Below, in pieces: positions 36,764 to 50,036 of a stretch of DNA of 64,000 nucleotides (the first letter of the stretch is position 1; each line of letters opens with the position of its first letter). The notes beneath the pieces are model-generated. The model was given only the letters and a program-made list of their open reading frames with translations, ran no database searches and was not told the origin of the DNA. The DNA comes from Trichosphaerium sp. ATCC 40318 (Eukaryota; Protista; Tubulinea), in contig JALMLS010000299.1 in the NCBI GenBank assembly GCA_038496445.1, positions 186,001-250,000 on the forward strand. The letters are read 5' to 3'. The translations under genes and the position numbers were made by a program.

Positions 36764-39439
36764 ATGGGGCTTCTTTGGTGTAAGCCAGAGGACGCAGTGA
36801 ACAATGGCCATGGCGTAAATGGGTCCCGGCAACGAAAGAGAAATAGTGTAACGCCACAGAAAAAATATCAACAAAAACCAGCCTGGAAAAAGACTGAACC
36901 GTCGGATGAAATTAAGCGCAACACTTCGTACGTTGTTATCTTTTTTTTTTTTGACATGTCCTCCGAAAAATCTTTGTAGCTGTGCTGTCGGTACATAAAT
37001 AACGTGTATTTACTTATTTACCATATCTAGACAACGAACGTATACAGATTTTCGTTTAGCGCTTACAGAAGATTTTCCTGTTCCGTTTGCGCCAGCAAAA
37101 GGCGATAAGAACGATGACGCGCAGAGCCCCGTTGATTTGGAAGAGGACTCAATAACGAGTGACTTGAAACAATACACACGAACTGTCATTTTAACACAGA
37201 AGATCGCCAGGGGATTCGTTGCTCGTTCGAAATATAAAAAATCGAGAAAATACATAGTTACAATACAGACCATGATAAAACGTGCGTTGGCTATGCGTAT
37301 GGCAGAAGATTTAAACGACTATCGTATAATACAATCGTTGTTTCGCAGACATAACGCACAAAAGACTTTGGAGCAAAAGAGCACGTCTACAAAACATCAT
37401 TTTGGTATAGTTGTTTATAGTTGTAGAATACGTGGTTGTTTTGAATTTGCAGAACTGTATCAGAAGATGGATTGCCTGGGATCTTGCATCCCGAAGAAGT
37501 AGGTAAAATTAGTGCATAACAGCTCTAAGAAACTTGTAGTGCATGGCGTTACAACTCTACAGTCGCTTATCAGACGGTACAGAGCATCTCTGGTGTCTCA
37601 GCGTATAGGTGCCTTAATCAGATTACAACTGTCAGTTTATAACTTCTTAATCGCCTTATTAGGTGCTGCTAAGCACATACAACGCATATATAGAGGATTT
37701 GTAGTGAGAAGAGACTATAGACGAGTCTGGCTGCTACGTAAGACTATCAAGTTACCACAATTTGCTGTTGACACTTTCTAGGTGCCCAAAAGTCAAAGTT
37801 CCGTGCAATTGTAAAAGGATTCATTGCAAGGCGACGCTACAAGCGCTTGAGTACGACCATAAATTGTTGCTGTCCTAACTTGCTATTAGAAAGGCGTGCA
37901 CGTATTGTTAAAGAAATACTCGATACAGAACGTGAATACGTAACCCGTCTTCTCATGATAAGAAACGTAAGATGAGATAAAAATAAGTTCCTAAAAGATC
38001 ATTTTAGTTGTACTTTAATCCAATCACTGCCAAGCCGAAAAAATTCGGAATTACTCAGGAGAATGTAAAGGTAATGAATGACTTGCAAACTAAGATAAAA
38101 GAAACTAACGCTGAATAGGAAATATTTCCACCATCCCTTCAAATCATTACAGATTTCCACAGTGCTGTACTTTTAACACGACTACTTGAGCGATCAGAGA
38201 GCTGGAACGCATGGCAAACACTTGGAGACTGTTTTTCACAATTCGTAAGTTATCCGTTACAGTATAAATATTCTAAGTTCTTACCCTAGTCTGGATTTCT
38301 TAAAGTGTACACTACCTACATCAATAACTATGAGGCATCTTTAAAGTGTTTATTGGAGCTTAAAGCAGATTCTCCAAAGTTTGCTGCTTATCTCTTGGTA
38401 TGTGGTTTTCTCTGATTGTTTAAAAGGACAAATTTGAGTTTTATGCAATTACTAAGTGAGAGTAGGAATGCTCTTCGCGTCCTGAATCTAAGCTACTCGA
38501 CATCCAATCCTTGCTAATTGAACCTATTCAAAGGTAAGGCACATTTAAGAATTTATAGTTTAACAGCCGTTTGTAGGATCCCACGTTATCAACTTCTACT
38601 AACGGTAAATAAAGATATAACTTATGCATTGTGCTTACAGAAAATAGGACCTTTTGAAAAAGACACTGCAAGTACACGATGATTATCCTCTGCTTCAAAA
38701 AGCTCTTTTAGATGTCAAGCAAGTTGCATCTATGATAAACAATAGAAAAGCAGTACATGAAGACAAGCAAAAAGTGTTAGAAGCCTTCAAACTTATAGTG
38801 CCTCCACAAACCGTACGTAGATGCCACGTTTACTTTGTGACTTATGCTCCTTCTAGTACCTCATTCAGCCAACAAGAAGCCACGTACACAACGGGTTGCT
38901 GAAGGAGCTGATTTTGAAGGACGACAGACAAGAAGGCTTTCATTACTTCTTGTTTAATGATTTATTGATAAAGACGAAGCACTCTGGTGGTATGTAACTC
39001 CTTTTTGTTCCTGTTCTTAGCCTTTGTAGTATTTAAGACCAAAAAATTCCGTGCCAAGTGGGATCTCAGTAAGCTCACATTTACTCGTGATTTATGTATC
39101 CTCAAGTTTAGCTTTTTAAAGAACTAATCAACTGCGTTACTTCTTTGACTTATTAGCTTTCGTGTTGCCTAAAAAGAAGGTGATTCCTTTAGCTTTTGCC
39201 CTGAGATATGGAGAAAACAGTATGATATTGAGAGGTATGTATTTAACAAGTAGAATGAGTTAATGACAACCTCTCTAGCTAAGACGGAGAAAGATTTTGA
39301 AGCTTGGACAGCAGCATTTGAATTAGCTATGACAAGTCTCGGTGACATGCGAAAATCGAGGCAGCTGTTGTTATCTAATTCAGCCGGTAGTCGAAGCTCT
39401 GAAGGTTTGAGTACCGGTGGAGATAGCGAAAGAAGCTGA
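36764..39439 (+). CDS. IQ-motif RhoGEF (DH-PH) with MGxxxC N-terminus
   Basis: IQ-like TQKIARGFVAR and IQRIYRGFVVR; DH KEILDTEREYV..LLIEPIQRIPRYQLLL; PH FLFNDLLI..AW. Confidence 0.9.
39096..39156 (+). other. U12-type GT-AG intron
   Basis: Donor GTATCCTC; TTCTTTGAC followed by TTATTAG. Removal restores the PH-domain frame. Confidence 0.65.
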
Positions 39440-39448
39440 GAATAAACT

Positions 39449-40479
39449 CTAAATGTTGTTATTTGTATTGATTTGTACAATTTCAAAGAGGTGAATGACC
39501 TCTTCAAACACAGCTAGTTTCTCTTCAGACATAAAACTATCTAAAGGTATTTCTTTTGCTCGCATGTTCCTAGTATTTTGTAAGTACAGTGGCAATACTA
39601 CCCTTGTACCATCTCGCTAACATTGATTCTATTGTACGTTGGCTACTGCGTAATTGATAGGTTGTAATAAACTTGAGGTTTGGGTTTTTTGACATGAGAT
39701 ATGACACTGAAGCTAGCATGTTATCATAGTCTACTACAGGTTAATTGAAGAGGGTTTCATGCACTTGGTACCTTTTTTATTGTCATAAAAGCAATCAGCG
39801 CCAAGGACGATATCCTGAGGAGCCAGAGAAACAATACGCCTTGTGAAATGACTCCATGTAAATGGGCATATTTGTACGTCAAGAAATTTTTGCAAGGTTT
39901 CATTTCCTGTTGCTGAGTGAGTTACTGTCAGCTTTGATATTTTTGTTACCTTGTTGGATGGAAACTGGATTGTTGCTGTGTTTGTTTAGCTCCATGTTTT
40001 GTAATATATGTGGCGCTTCCTCTCTGAAAAAATTAGTACATATCATTTCATTTTGACAGCGTACTTGTCGGTCAAAACCACTTTAGCTCCGCAAACTGCA
40101 GCAACCATACCAGGAAGTGCCGTACCCCCGCCAAGCTATAATCGTCAGCGCACCCAAGCTTGTGAGAACGTACTTCTATTATTTTTTTGCCGTTAAGCTC
40201 GCTTCGGATATGCCAAACGTAATCTGCTAGTACTTTGCCTGAAGGCCATACAAATAAGCCAGAGTCCCCATACTCGCCATAGTCCGGCCCAGTTATCTGT
40301 TTGAAATTATAAATTGAATATGGCTTGCGTAAATATCGTACTTCTATAATATTAAGCGTCAGCTTTGTTGTGGCGGATTCGTAAGCAAATTGTCTCATTG
40401 AGCTTCCGTTTTCGCTTGAAGGCTCGCTGTTGTGTTCTTTACGCGTAGTGGAACCACTATAAGTGGTGGCATTAGCCAT
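39449..40479 (-). CDS. METTL23: METTL23-like protein methyltransferase (Methyltransf_16)
   Basis: GLFVWPSGKVLADYVW; IELGGGTALPGMVAA; TTYQLRS..LARWNM..IPLDSF. Confidence 0.82.
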
Positions 40480-40681
40480 GCCGTTTCAATCTTCAATGAA
40501 GGATACTGTGAGATGTAAAACGCTCACAACGGCTCATCGCTTGTAGCTAGGATCATAGGGTATCAAAGTAGCTGGTTGTTAGGCTTAACAAACGCGTTTC
40601 TGAGTAATCCCAAGTGACACTAGCGTTTTGTGGGAGATTTTTGCGTACAAATCATTTTGTATCGTACGCCACGTCACACAG

Positions 40682-42595
40682 ATGATTACCACCTACCTAG
40701 TAGCGTTGTCTTTACTTATAACCATACATGCATACTCTGCTCCAGCAGTTGATGGTGCCCATTTTTTGGAAACTTTTCAAGACGCCAGTTGGGCTGATCG
40801 CTGGATAATTACAGAGAATAAGGAGTTCGAAGGTAATTAGACTATTTTGTTACTCTTTTTCTCTAAACGCGAGCAGGCGAATGGATAGTACGCGAAAACG
40901 ATGAACCTATTGGTATTGAAGGCGACAAAGGGTTGGTGGCAGCCAATGAGGCTAAAAAACATGGAATAGCCGTAGAATTTGACAGCGCATTGGACACCAC
41001 GGGAGAAACTCTGGTCGTACAATACGAGGTGTGTTCACTGTTTTATCTACTATTTCCACAATATTGACGTGTGGGCGCTAAACTGACGTCAGGTGCGAAC
41101 ACAAAAATCATTGAGTTGTGGTGGAGCTTACATCAAACTCTTGCGAAAAGAAACAATGCCATCCGAGCTGTCAGCGTTCGACAACACCACACCATACACT
41201 ATAATGGTAATGAAACTTCTTTTTCAAGCTTTAGTTGAGACTCTCAGTGCATCACTTGGTCACGTGATTAATAATTTAAGTTAGTTTGGACCTGATAAAT
41301 GTGGTGCCGACAGCAAAGTTCATTTTATCTTCAATCACAAGAACCCAAAGACTGGCGAATATGAAGAGAAGCACATGACTGACCGTCCACAGATGAAGGC
41401 TAATACTTTATCCCATCTTTACACATTGGTTGTAAATTCAGATAATACGTTCCAAGTTCTTATTGATATGGAAGAAGTCAGGTCTGGCAGTTTGCTTGAA
41501 GATTTTGAACCATCTGTCAACCCACCAAAGGAGATTGATGACCCTACTGATAAAAAGCCAGACACCTGGGTAGATGCAGCTCAGTAAGTTCTTCGCGTTT
41601 TTATCTATGATTTTTTAGAATGCTAACCTTTTGCTAGAATTCCAGATCCTGAAGCCGTAAAACCTGACGACTGGGATGAAGATGCACCTGCAGAAATTGA
41701 GGATAAAGATGCAGTAAAGCCTGACGATTGGTACGTTTCAAGTCAGAAAAAAAGTAACGGTTGTAAGTAACTGTTTTACAGGTTGGATGATGGCGAACTC
41801 GAAATTCCTGACCCTGATGCATCAAAACCAGAGGATTGGGATGACGAGCTTGACGGCGATTGGGATGCTCCTCTAGTACCTAATCCACAATGCGCCAAGG
41901 TTGGATGTGGCGAATGGAAACCACCAACAATTCCAAACCCTGAATACAAGGTAAAATACCTCAACTGCTTTTTTAGAGCATTTCTGATTTATCTCTTTTC
42001 TAAAGGGTAAATGGTCTGCTCCTATGATTGAAAATCCTGATTACATTGGTGAGTGGAAACCAAAGCAAATACCAAATCCAAATTATTTTGAAGATGGCCA
42101 GCCAAGCAACTTTGAAGCTATTGGCGGTATCGGTATTGAGATTTGGACAATGTCAAAAGATATTTTGGTATGCCCTTCCATAAATCTATTCCCTCGCTTG
42201 CTTACTGTCATTAGTTCGACAATGTTCTTGTCACATCGGATAAGGACGCTGCGGATGCGTTCGCCAAGAAGACTTGGTTGGTTCGTCATTACGAGGAAGA
42301 TAGAAAATACATTGATATGAACAAACCACCTTCACCTTCACTACAAGCACAGTTTGAAGAGATTCTAGCGAATACACTCGTATTCATTCAAGAAAACCCT
42401 GCTATTATCGCTGCTACAGCACTCATTGGCCTTGTACCAATTGCTTTGTGCTTCATGGGCGGTAGCAAACCAAAGCGTGGCGAAGACGTTCCAGAAGAGG
42501 AAGACGAAGACGAAGACGAGGAACCACTACTTCCAAAGAAGGAAGAGAAAAAAGTCAAGAAAACACGCTCACGAACAAGACGTGATGTTGACTAG
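40682..42595 (+). CDS. CANX: Calnexin
   Basis: Signal peptide; CGGAYIKLL; MFGPDKCG; P-domain repeats ([28 protein letters not shown]); TM helix and acidic/basic tail. Confidence 0.95.
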
Positions 42596-42721
42596 ACAGC
42601 AATGATTTTTGTAGTTATTGCAGTCAAAATAAAGTTGGGCTTCAATGCTCATATAATTCAAAACAAGGGGTTTATTGTTGCCACTCAGAGGTGGCAGTTA
42701 TTTATGCAGCCTAAATGAGGC

Positions 42722-45700
42722 TAAGTTTGTCTTGTATAAAGTTGTAATGTATAGCGAATGAAGTGAAAGGTTGGTGGTTTGAATATCTAATGAGAGTGTC
42801 AAAGACTTACAAGGCTAGCCCATTTCTGGCGTTCTGCTTTACATGTGAGTGAGTGTGGCCTACAAAGAAATTGTAAGCAAAGTAGTTGCCGTGATCGTTA
42901 CATAGCTACAAAGCACGTACACCAATGTGGTTCAGTATTTTGGTTGGATCCTCACGTATTATGGTCGTGAAAGCAGCGACGACCATAACGAGGTGAAAAG
43001 CTGACGCAAAATCTATGCGTGCCAGAGAAGCTAGCAAGTTGGGCTTTTCTTTTTTCTCTTCTGCGTTGTCATTGAGCGGAGGAGCACAAGCGTGGTTGCC
43101 AGTAGAGGATCTTACGGGTATACCTTCATGCTCTTTTGCAAATCGCCTATGGATGTGTTACTAGAATCTGGGAGCGTACGACTTGTACGTACTCTGGTTC
43201 ACCCAGACCAAATTCCGCGCTAACGCGGGAATTTGCTTCTACCTTGAACACTCCGTCTCTAAAAATAATTTTAGTGTCGTTGTAACAACGGGAGTAACGC
43301 ACACTCTTCTCTCAATTGCAAACGCAATTGGGTTTTCATCAAAAGAGTAGAGAGAGAGCTTAGGTTCTTCTCTGGGCAAAAAGTCATCTAATTAAAGGGG
43401 TCAGTTGTTGGGCGAACAAAGTCTATTAAAAAGCTATGGGCAATATAAAAGGTGCTTGCCTCCTTTGCTGTAATCCGTGTAGCAGGTAGAAACTCGTTCG
43501 CCACGCTCGTTTAACGATTTGTCAAATGAATCATTAATAACGCATGGTGCAGGTGTTTGAGCGTATTCGTTATGTTCTATGGTAGTGTTAGGTAGAATTC
43601 TACAAATTACTTGCTATAACCGAACGTACCAGAGTTTGTTTGTGGTACGCGACCAGCACTTAAAACGCGGCTTGCCATGTTGAAGGTGGTTTTCTTTCCG
43701 AAGCTAGGGGATTAAGCTTTGAAGGGAGTGGACGCTGAATAGATACAAGTATCAAAGACGTGCTTTATTAGTAAAGCGCGCGAGTCCGTTAAGCATTAAG
43801 GATGAATTGCCATATTAAGCGACCTGAACTGGGTCGCCGTTCCCTGTTTTACACCAAGGACATTATATAGCACAGCTACTGGCAAAACGCCAACGCATTT
43901 GAGACTTTCTTGCCAAAAATCTCCTGGTTCGTTAAAAAAAAAAAGACAGACGACAAGGGTAGTATTAAAATTACATTGGAAGGAACATCTTAGTAGCACA
44001 TTCGCTTTCAATCTGGTTGAGACATTTGTCCCTTTCTTGTTGGTCAGCAAACTGAAACTTTGGTGCTTTCCGCTTGTCTCGTAACTCAAGCTCCAGTTGG
44101 TTTCCTAAAGAAACGTCACAATTTCACAAAGAAAACACGTGTTTTAAAAAAAACCGTACCAGCCGGTTTTACAAGGTCAACAACGTTTGTGTAAGCTGTC
44201 ATATCCATAAACTTTTCTTTTTGCTTCTTTGTGCGTGTGTACAAAATTGCATCATTGAACACTAGCAGTTTTCCAAGGTATCGCTGTTTATCAATCATTT
44301 CTACACTATATTGCTCAATAATCTTACGCCCTGGAGCAACCAGCTTCTAGAGATAGGTGTTAGCAATGCTGTATCAAATTGTACGTGCGACGTACCTCCA
44401 TTGGAGCGCCAATTATACACCTCGTGGCTGTCAACAGCTTGGTTATATCTTCAGCCTCTTTCTTTTGGGAATTTAAGAAGCTACTGACTTTTTCAACCTT
44501 TTCTGATGCTTCTTCTAGCTTGGCATAATCCGGATGATCCTTATCAGTATATTTTTGCAAATCCTGTAGACAATGAGCATTGATAACAAAATACTAAAGG
44601 CACTTACCCGTAACAACAGCGTGTAACGTGGTATTCTTTGAACTGCATAATATTGGTGGTAAGTGAGTTGCAAAGAGATACTAAAAACGTACCAGGCATA
44701 ATTAATAAACTATAGACATTTAAACCTCGACATACTGGATCCGCCTCTGCTTTCTGACTTGTTAGATTGTCAACAATCTATGTTTGATCGTACTTGTAAC
44801 CATTTCTCAAATTTAGGGATTGTTTTAGCTCTATTAAGTGTTGCTTGAGCTTTGTCAAAGTTATTAACATATGTTGTGTATGATTTTAGGAAATCCGACT
44901 GTAGTTTAGTAAGAAAAAACCGATAGTGATACACCGATGTACCATTAACAAAAATACGTCTCCCAGAGTTTGTTTTGTGGACCACTTGGACATTTTATTA
45001 TTTAGTGCCTCGAGGATCATCATATTGTATCCGTAGAGTATCTCTACAATTGAAAATATGTCCCTTGGTTAGGTGAGTTAGTTGTTACATATTTTAAATA
45101 GTGATGAGTACCTGACTTCAGCTGCAGAAATAAAAGAATCTGTTCCTTGACACAGAGCCAGGAGAGGGTTCTGGAATCGTTTTACAAGGGTTCCCAGATC
45201 CCGAACATAATTCGCCTCCGTGTCCAGTAGTTCTTGAGCTACTTTTGTTCTCTTGAAGTGTTGTTTCGCTGATAGAATGCGTTAAAATAATAAAATAAAC
45301 TACCTCATACCTCGCTTGATCTTGACCTCATCTTGGTTTTCTGTGATCACGATGCCAGCAATCACTTTTGTTGACGACGAACTCTTTTCCTCGTTTGTGT
45401 TGGATTGTGGCGTAGGAGGTCTCATCATCCCTGGTGCATCCGATTTACTACTTGCTCGAATAGCTATTGCGTATATAAGCATATATAAGTGTAGGAATAA
45501 GTACGTGGGTGACTCGTTCTTGGGTTCTCTAGTGCCGAATAACTCTTCTCTCGTCTACCTGCATCGAAAAGACATTGTAAGTAAAATAGAGCTCAATAAG
45601 TGACAATATACCTTTTGGATTGGTGGCTGGTTCTGGGAGACCTACTTCAACTGTACTTGGATCCACGTACGCAGGCATCTTCTGTGATTTTCTTTTCATT

Positions 45701-48600
45701 CTTCTTGAAAGTCGTTTAAATAAACCCTTTAATTTGTCAGCCATCGCAGCCACAAGAACAACCAGTACCTTTGAGCGCCGCTTTTGTTTACCGCTGGTTT
45801 TGGGCGACGAACTTGGGCTGGCCGGTGGTGTTAATGTGGGTTTGTTGTGTACACCTTCGTGAAAGCTCTTCACTCGCGTCTCAATGTCCATCCCCAAGTT
45901 ATTTTCTGAAGCTTCCTCCGTTACAGCGAATGTAGGGGTTGTATTAGCTAAGGGCCTCGCTGGAGTGGGTGAACTGGATGGTGAAGAATTTCTAATATAA
46001 ACACTTTGCCGAACAAACGTATCCTCGAAATCATCGAACACGTGGGACTTTTAAAGTGGTTAGTGGACCCTCAATAAATATTTCTTCGTCTCACCTTGAG
46101 ATATTCTTCAACAGAGTCTTCTTCTAGATCAAATTCTGGTTCATCGTCTTCAAAATCTGTGCAGCATAAGTAACATTTTTATACATCCTTTTTTAAGTAC
46201 TCACGTGGAAAATTCATGTTAGTGATTGCCTCAAGTACAATCTCTTTCAAATACTCGTCATGAGATGTGTCCAGAAAGTTTTGTAACACAGTAGGGCCAT
46301 CTCCCTTTTGAAAATCGCGTCTGCATTTACCTGCGTTTGTTGTTAGTTCTAATCTGAAAGATTTGGTTGCATGCCATTTATTGCTAATCGCCTTATCATA
46401 TGAACAGCGCGTGGCCTAACTTGGTCCCATGTTGGCCCTTGTTCTTTAAACACGTGCAGTGCTGCAGTTATAGCGCCGTTTTGTCGTAGCTTCTCATTGA
46501 CTTCCTTGTACAAAGCAAGGTTCTCTAGCGTAGAAGCAGCGAGAGTTTGTAAATCTGGTCGATCAGTGAAGGTAACAAACGCATTTATGAGTCCTAGTTA
46601 GGGTGTTACTTGTAAACTTGAATGATAAGGGCGAACCGCTCAAAGAGCTTCCAGGGATAAACACCTCGGCAGTCTTTTCTAAAGGAATGTTAATCATACA
46701 ATCATAGACGTCAAAAGGTTACCTTCAATAGATAAATTAAGAATAGTTTTTAAAGATCCAGCACTCGCTTCATTTTTTTCTTGGGCGAGTAGAATCAATG
46801 GTTTCAATGCGTCATGATCAACCACAATCTTTCTTGCTTCGCCTGCATAGGTTTTAACATACGTAGTACAGCATGTAGCGTACTGTCAAAAAACGTAAGG
46901 TTAACTAAAGTTGCTGCCTAAAGTCGTTGTTATTCCAAAGAATATTTTTTTCATGAAAGGAAGTCTGTACGTGCCACTTTAGATTTTACATCAGGTCTTT
47001 CGAGCGGGGATATTAACACTTTAACAAGAGACCCAATACTATCCAATAGAAGTTGTTGTAAACCATCTGAGCAATTATTAGTATTATGTGTAATGTGGCG
47101 TTCATACCATTTCCCATTAAATTTGATAAAGCCCATGCGCTCCTCAATCGCACGTCTGCATCCTCTGCAGTCAAACGGGAAAGAATCAGTTGCACAAAAT
47201 CGGTTTCCAACAACGTTTGCTTTAACAAGGAGATCGCGTCATCTGATGTGGTGTTATTATTGCTAACAATATGAGAAATTACCTTTTGACGCCAAATTGA
47301 CAACTACACCAAGCGCTACTTTAGCTATTGTTACTTCATTCGATTGAAGGTGTGGTGGCAAACACAGCAAACCGTCTAGCCTTGCAAATTCAAGAGCACA
47401 ACTGTCTGGTTAAGACTTTAGTGTTTTCAAATTAATAATGGTAATTCGTACCCTCCCTGACCATTGCTGCGAGACATACAAGAGAATACTTAACAATTTC
47501 GCCGTCTTGGGCTCGCAGGTGTTGTATGAGAGGCTCAACAGCATTATTGTTGCACAAGTAAAGACACGCATCCAAATCTAAAGAGGGATGATTTTTAAGA
47601 ACTACACTCCAAATTTGCAGTACCTCGTCCAGTAATTGTTGCTATCGATCGAAGGCAGTAAGCTGTGGTCTCTTTTTGTTTGCTTGCTAACATCAAATGT
47701 ACTAAACACCCTGCATCGGCCTCATTGATGTTGTATTTGGCTACAAGTGGTTAATATTGAATCTTTGTACCTGACAAATCTTTTTAAAGCTACCTCTTAG
47801 CACGTTAAAATATGTCATTGCTAGCAATTTCTGAACAGCAGGCGTAAGGTCTGGCTGTTCAAGCACCCTCCTTATTTTAGATACTCCATCAGTTTTAACA
47901 AACATCGGTACAAACTTCTCTAAAAAAAAACCGTGTTTGATAAACGTTTGATAGCACGTGATAAAAACGTGATATATTGTATCATCTTACCATCTCCAGT
48001 TGCGTTGACTGCAAATGTTAGGATATCAGTGACATTTTCTGGAGTATCGTCAAAAAGGGCGACTATTCGCCTCACGTGATCTTCAGTTAGGATGGACGCA
48101 ACTTTAATTGGTCAGGAACCCACTTTTGTCAGAACAAAAAACCAAAAGAGGAACAAATTACATTACCTGTAGCGACTTGGTTTGTTATTGCTATGAGTGA
48201 GTTTATAGCAAGCCGGGCATTATTGCTCTTTAAAAAATCTAAAAACATATCAAAGCCTACGAGGAGTTATACGACATGCCGTTAAATGCTCAAAATAAAA
48301 GATCTGAACAGACCAACACAATTTAAGTTTTTACACTTGATATTTGCAGTACGTGCCTTGGCTCTGCGAAAGCATTGGTTGGACATAGAACACCGCATTG
48401 CGGCTTATTTTAATGTTTTCTGATGAAAAAACGGTGCGCCATCGGTCTACTACACTGACGTCCTCCGGTACTATAAATTAGAAATGTAGCCAGCGTCTCG
48501 TCCTACCTGGGCTTGTCTTTTCGAGTCCCGTCTCGTATTTGTACAAATAATCGAGCTTGCCAAGTATTTCTGTGTTTGTGCTACCTGTTGGAGCAGCCAT
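42722..48600 (-). CDS. Armadillo-repeat RhoGEF (ARM + DH-PH); 3' end uncertain
   Basis: ARM-like VRLRSAWALSNL, AATLVNL, AASTLENL; DH ELLDTEANYV..IMPVQRIPRYTLLL; PH LLVFNDAILY. Confidence 0.82.
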
Positions 48601-48843
48601 GGCGTTTGAGCAACAAGAGAGGATCTCTTGGGTAAAATAAAACAAAAAATTTGAAGAGGGTTTAGAATAAATGTGAATTTGGTTTTTATAGCAGTATAAA
48701 AACAACGGAAGTCGCGCAAAAGGCTAACCATACATATAATATTTACATTTTGGTGATTGCCAATCTCTTTCCTTATGTAATGGTTCTTTTTTTACTGCAA
48801 TTTGTTGAGTTCCTTTTTCTGCCCGAAGCGTTCCGGTTTTTTT

Positions 48844-49700
48844 TTACTCTCCCATCTTATCCAGGATGTTGCGTACCAAATGGTTCGTATTCCGCTGGCC
48901 AGTACGCGTTCGTGAATTTAGCATTTGCCTCTTTCTTGTTCTGTTCGCTTTGTCCTCTTGTAGTTTCATACTTCTACGTTTTATTTTCGTTTGGTGATCA
49001 ATTTGCTCTTCATGCTTTTACGGCAGAGTGTCAACTCAAAACAAATTATGGAAAAAAAAAACTTGGTCTTGCAAAAAAAAAAAAGTTAATGTTTGTACCC
49101 TTGACTTATACCTCCTTTTGAGGTGGTAATACGGGTCGCTTGCTGGACCGTCTCCATATAATTCTCTGTCCTTTTTCCTTGCTGCTTGCTCTGTCTCTCG
49201 TTTTTTCTGATCAGCTTCTTTTATTTCTTCCCAAATCTCTTCCTCACTTAATTTTACAACTTTTCTTCCTTGTTTTCTTTGTTTTCTGTACTATCATGGG
49301 CGTTACAACAGACTTTGCAGGCGACGTATATGTGTAAAAAGGCGTACCTTTTCCCTTAACCGACGTTTTTTGCGTGTAAATTTGTCGTATTTATCAAGGT
49401 CAGGACTGACTCTGTGACGATCTTTGCCCCATGGTAGAGCCGCTGGCGCTGTGTCAATGTCGTCATAAATATTTTTCTACACTTATTAGTATTGTACGCG
49501 TGGAATTCGTGTACGTGTTCTAGGCTAGCGTTTGTCTTGTGTAACGCGCTTAATGCACTTCTTTCCTGTTCGCGAGCTTTTCGCAACTCCTTATGCTCGA
49601 GTATGCTTAAAGCTATATTAAATAAGTATATTCACCGTCTTTGTAACAAAATTACCTGATGCTGGATAACGCGGCCTGCTTTTGCGTCCTCTTGGTCCAT
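48844..49700 (-). CDS. Lys/Arg-rich probable rRNA-processing protein (FYV7/CCDC59-like)
   Basis: C-terminal MLNSRTRTGQRNTNHLVRNILDKM resembles the KRTxxGQP...LLxKI motif of that family. Confidence 0.5.
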
Positions 49701-50036
49701 CTCGATACGCCATAGTATAAGAAGCCGACAGCTGGCAGTAGTAATTGGTTTATTTTACGTTTGGAAAATATAGAAATTAGTAGACCAGCAATGCGTTGTC
49801 AAACGCTTCAAACAATCAGTTTACATGGCTCTCTCGGCCATAGCCAAGTTGCTCAAGATGGAAACCAAGTACAGGCGTTGATTGCTTAAAGTCACGTGCT
49901 CACAGTAGAGTCTTTTTTTGGCTTACTTTGGCAAGTGTAACTCTTCATTGTTGTATAGCGGTGGTTTTTTTTACCTAGCTTTACTCCGCTGGCCTTAATC
50001 AGCCTCATTTCGAAATAATAAAACGCCGATAACACC

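Noticed and set aside
40499-40507. GTATCCTTC upstream of METTL23 on the minus strand
   Set aside because: It is only about 28 nt from the ATG, with no room for an intron or branch site.
41520-42090. Short repeated units that could look like an array
   Set aside because: These are calnexin P-domain coding repeats, not CRISPR or a mobile repeat.
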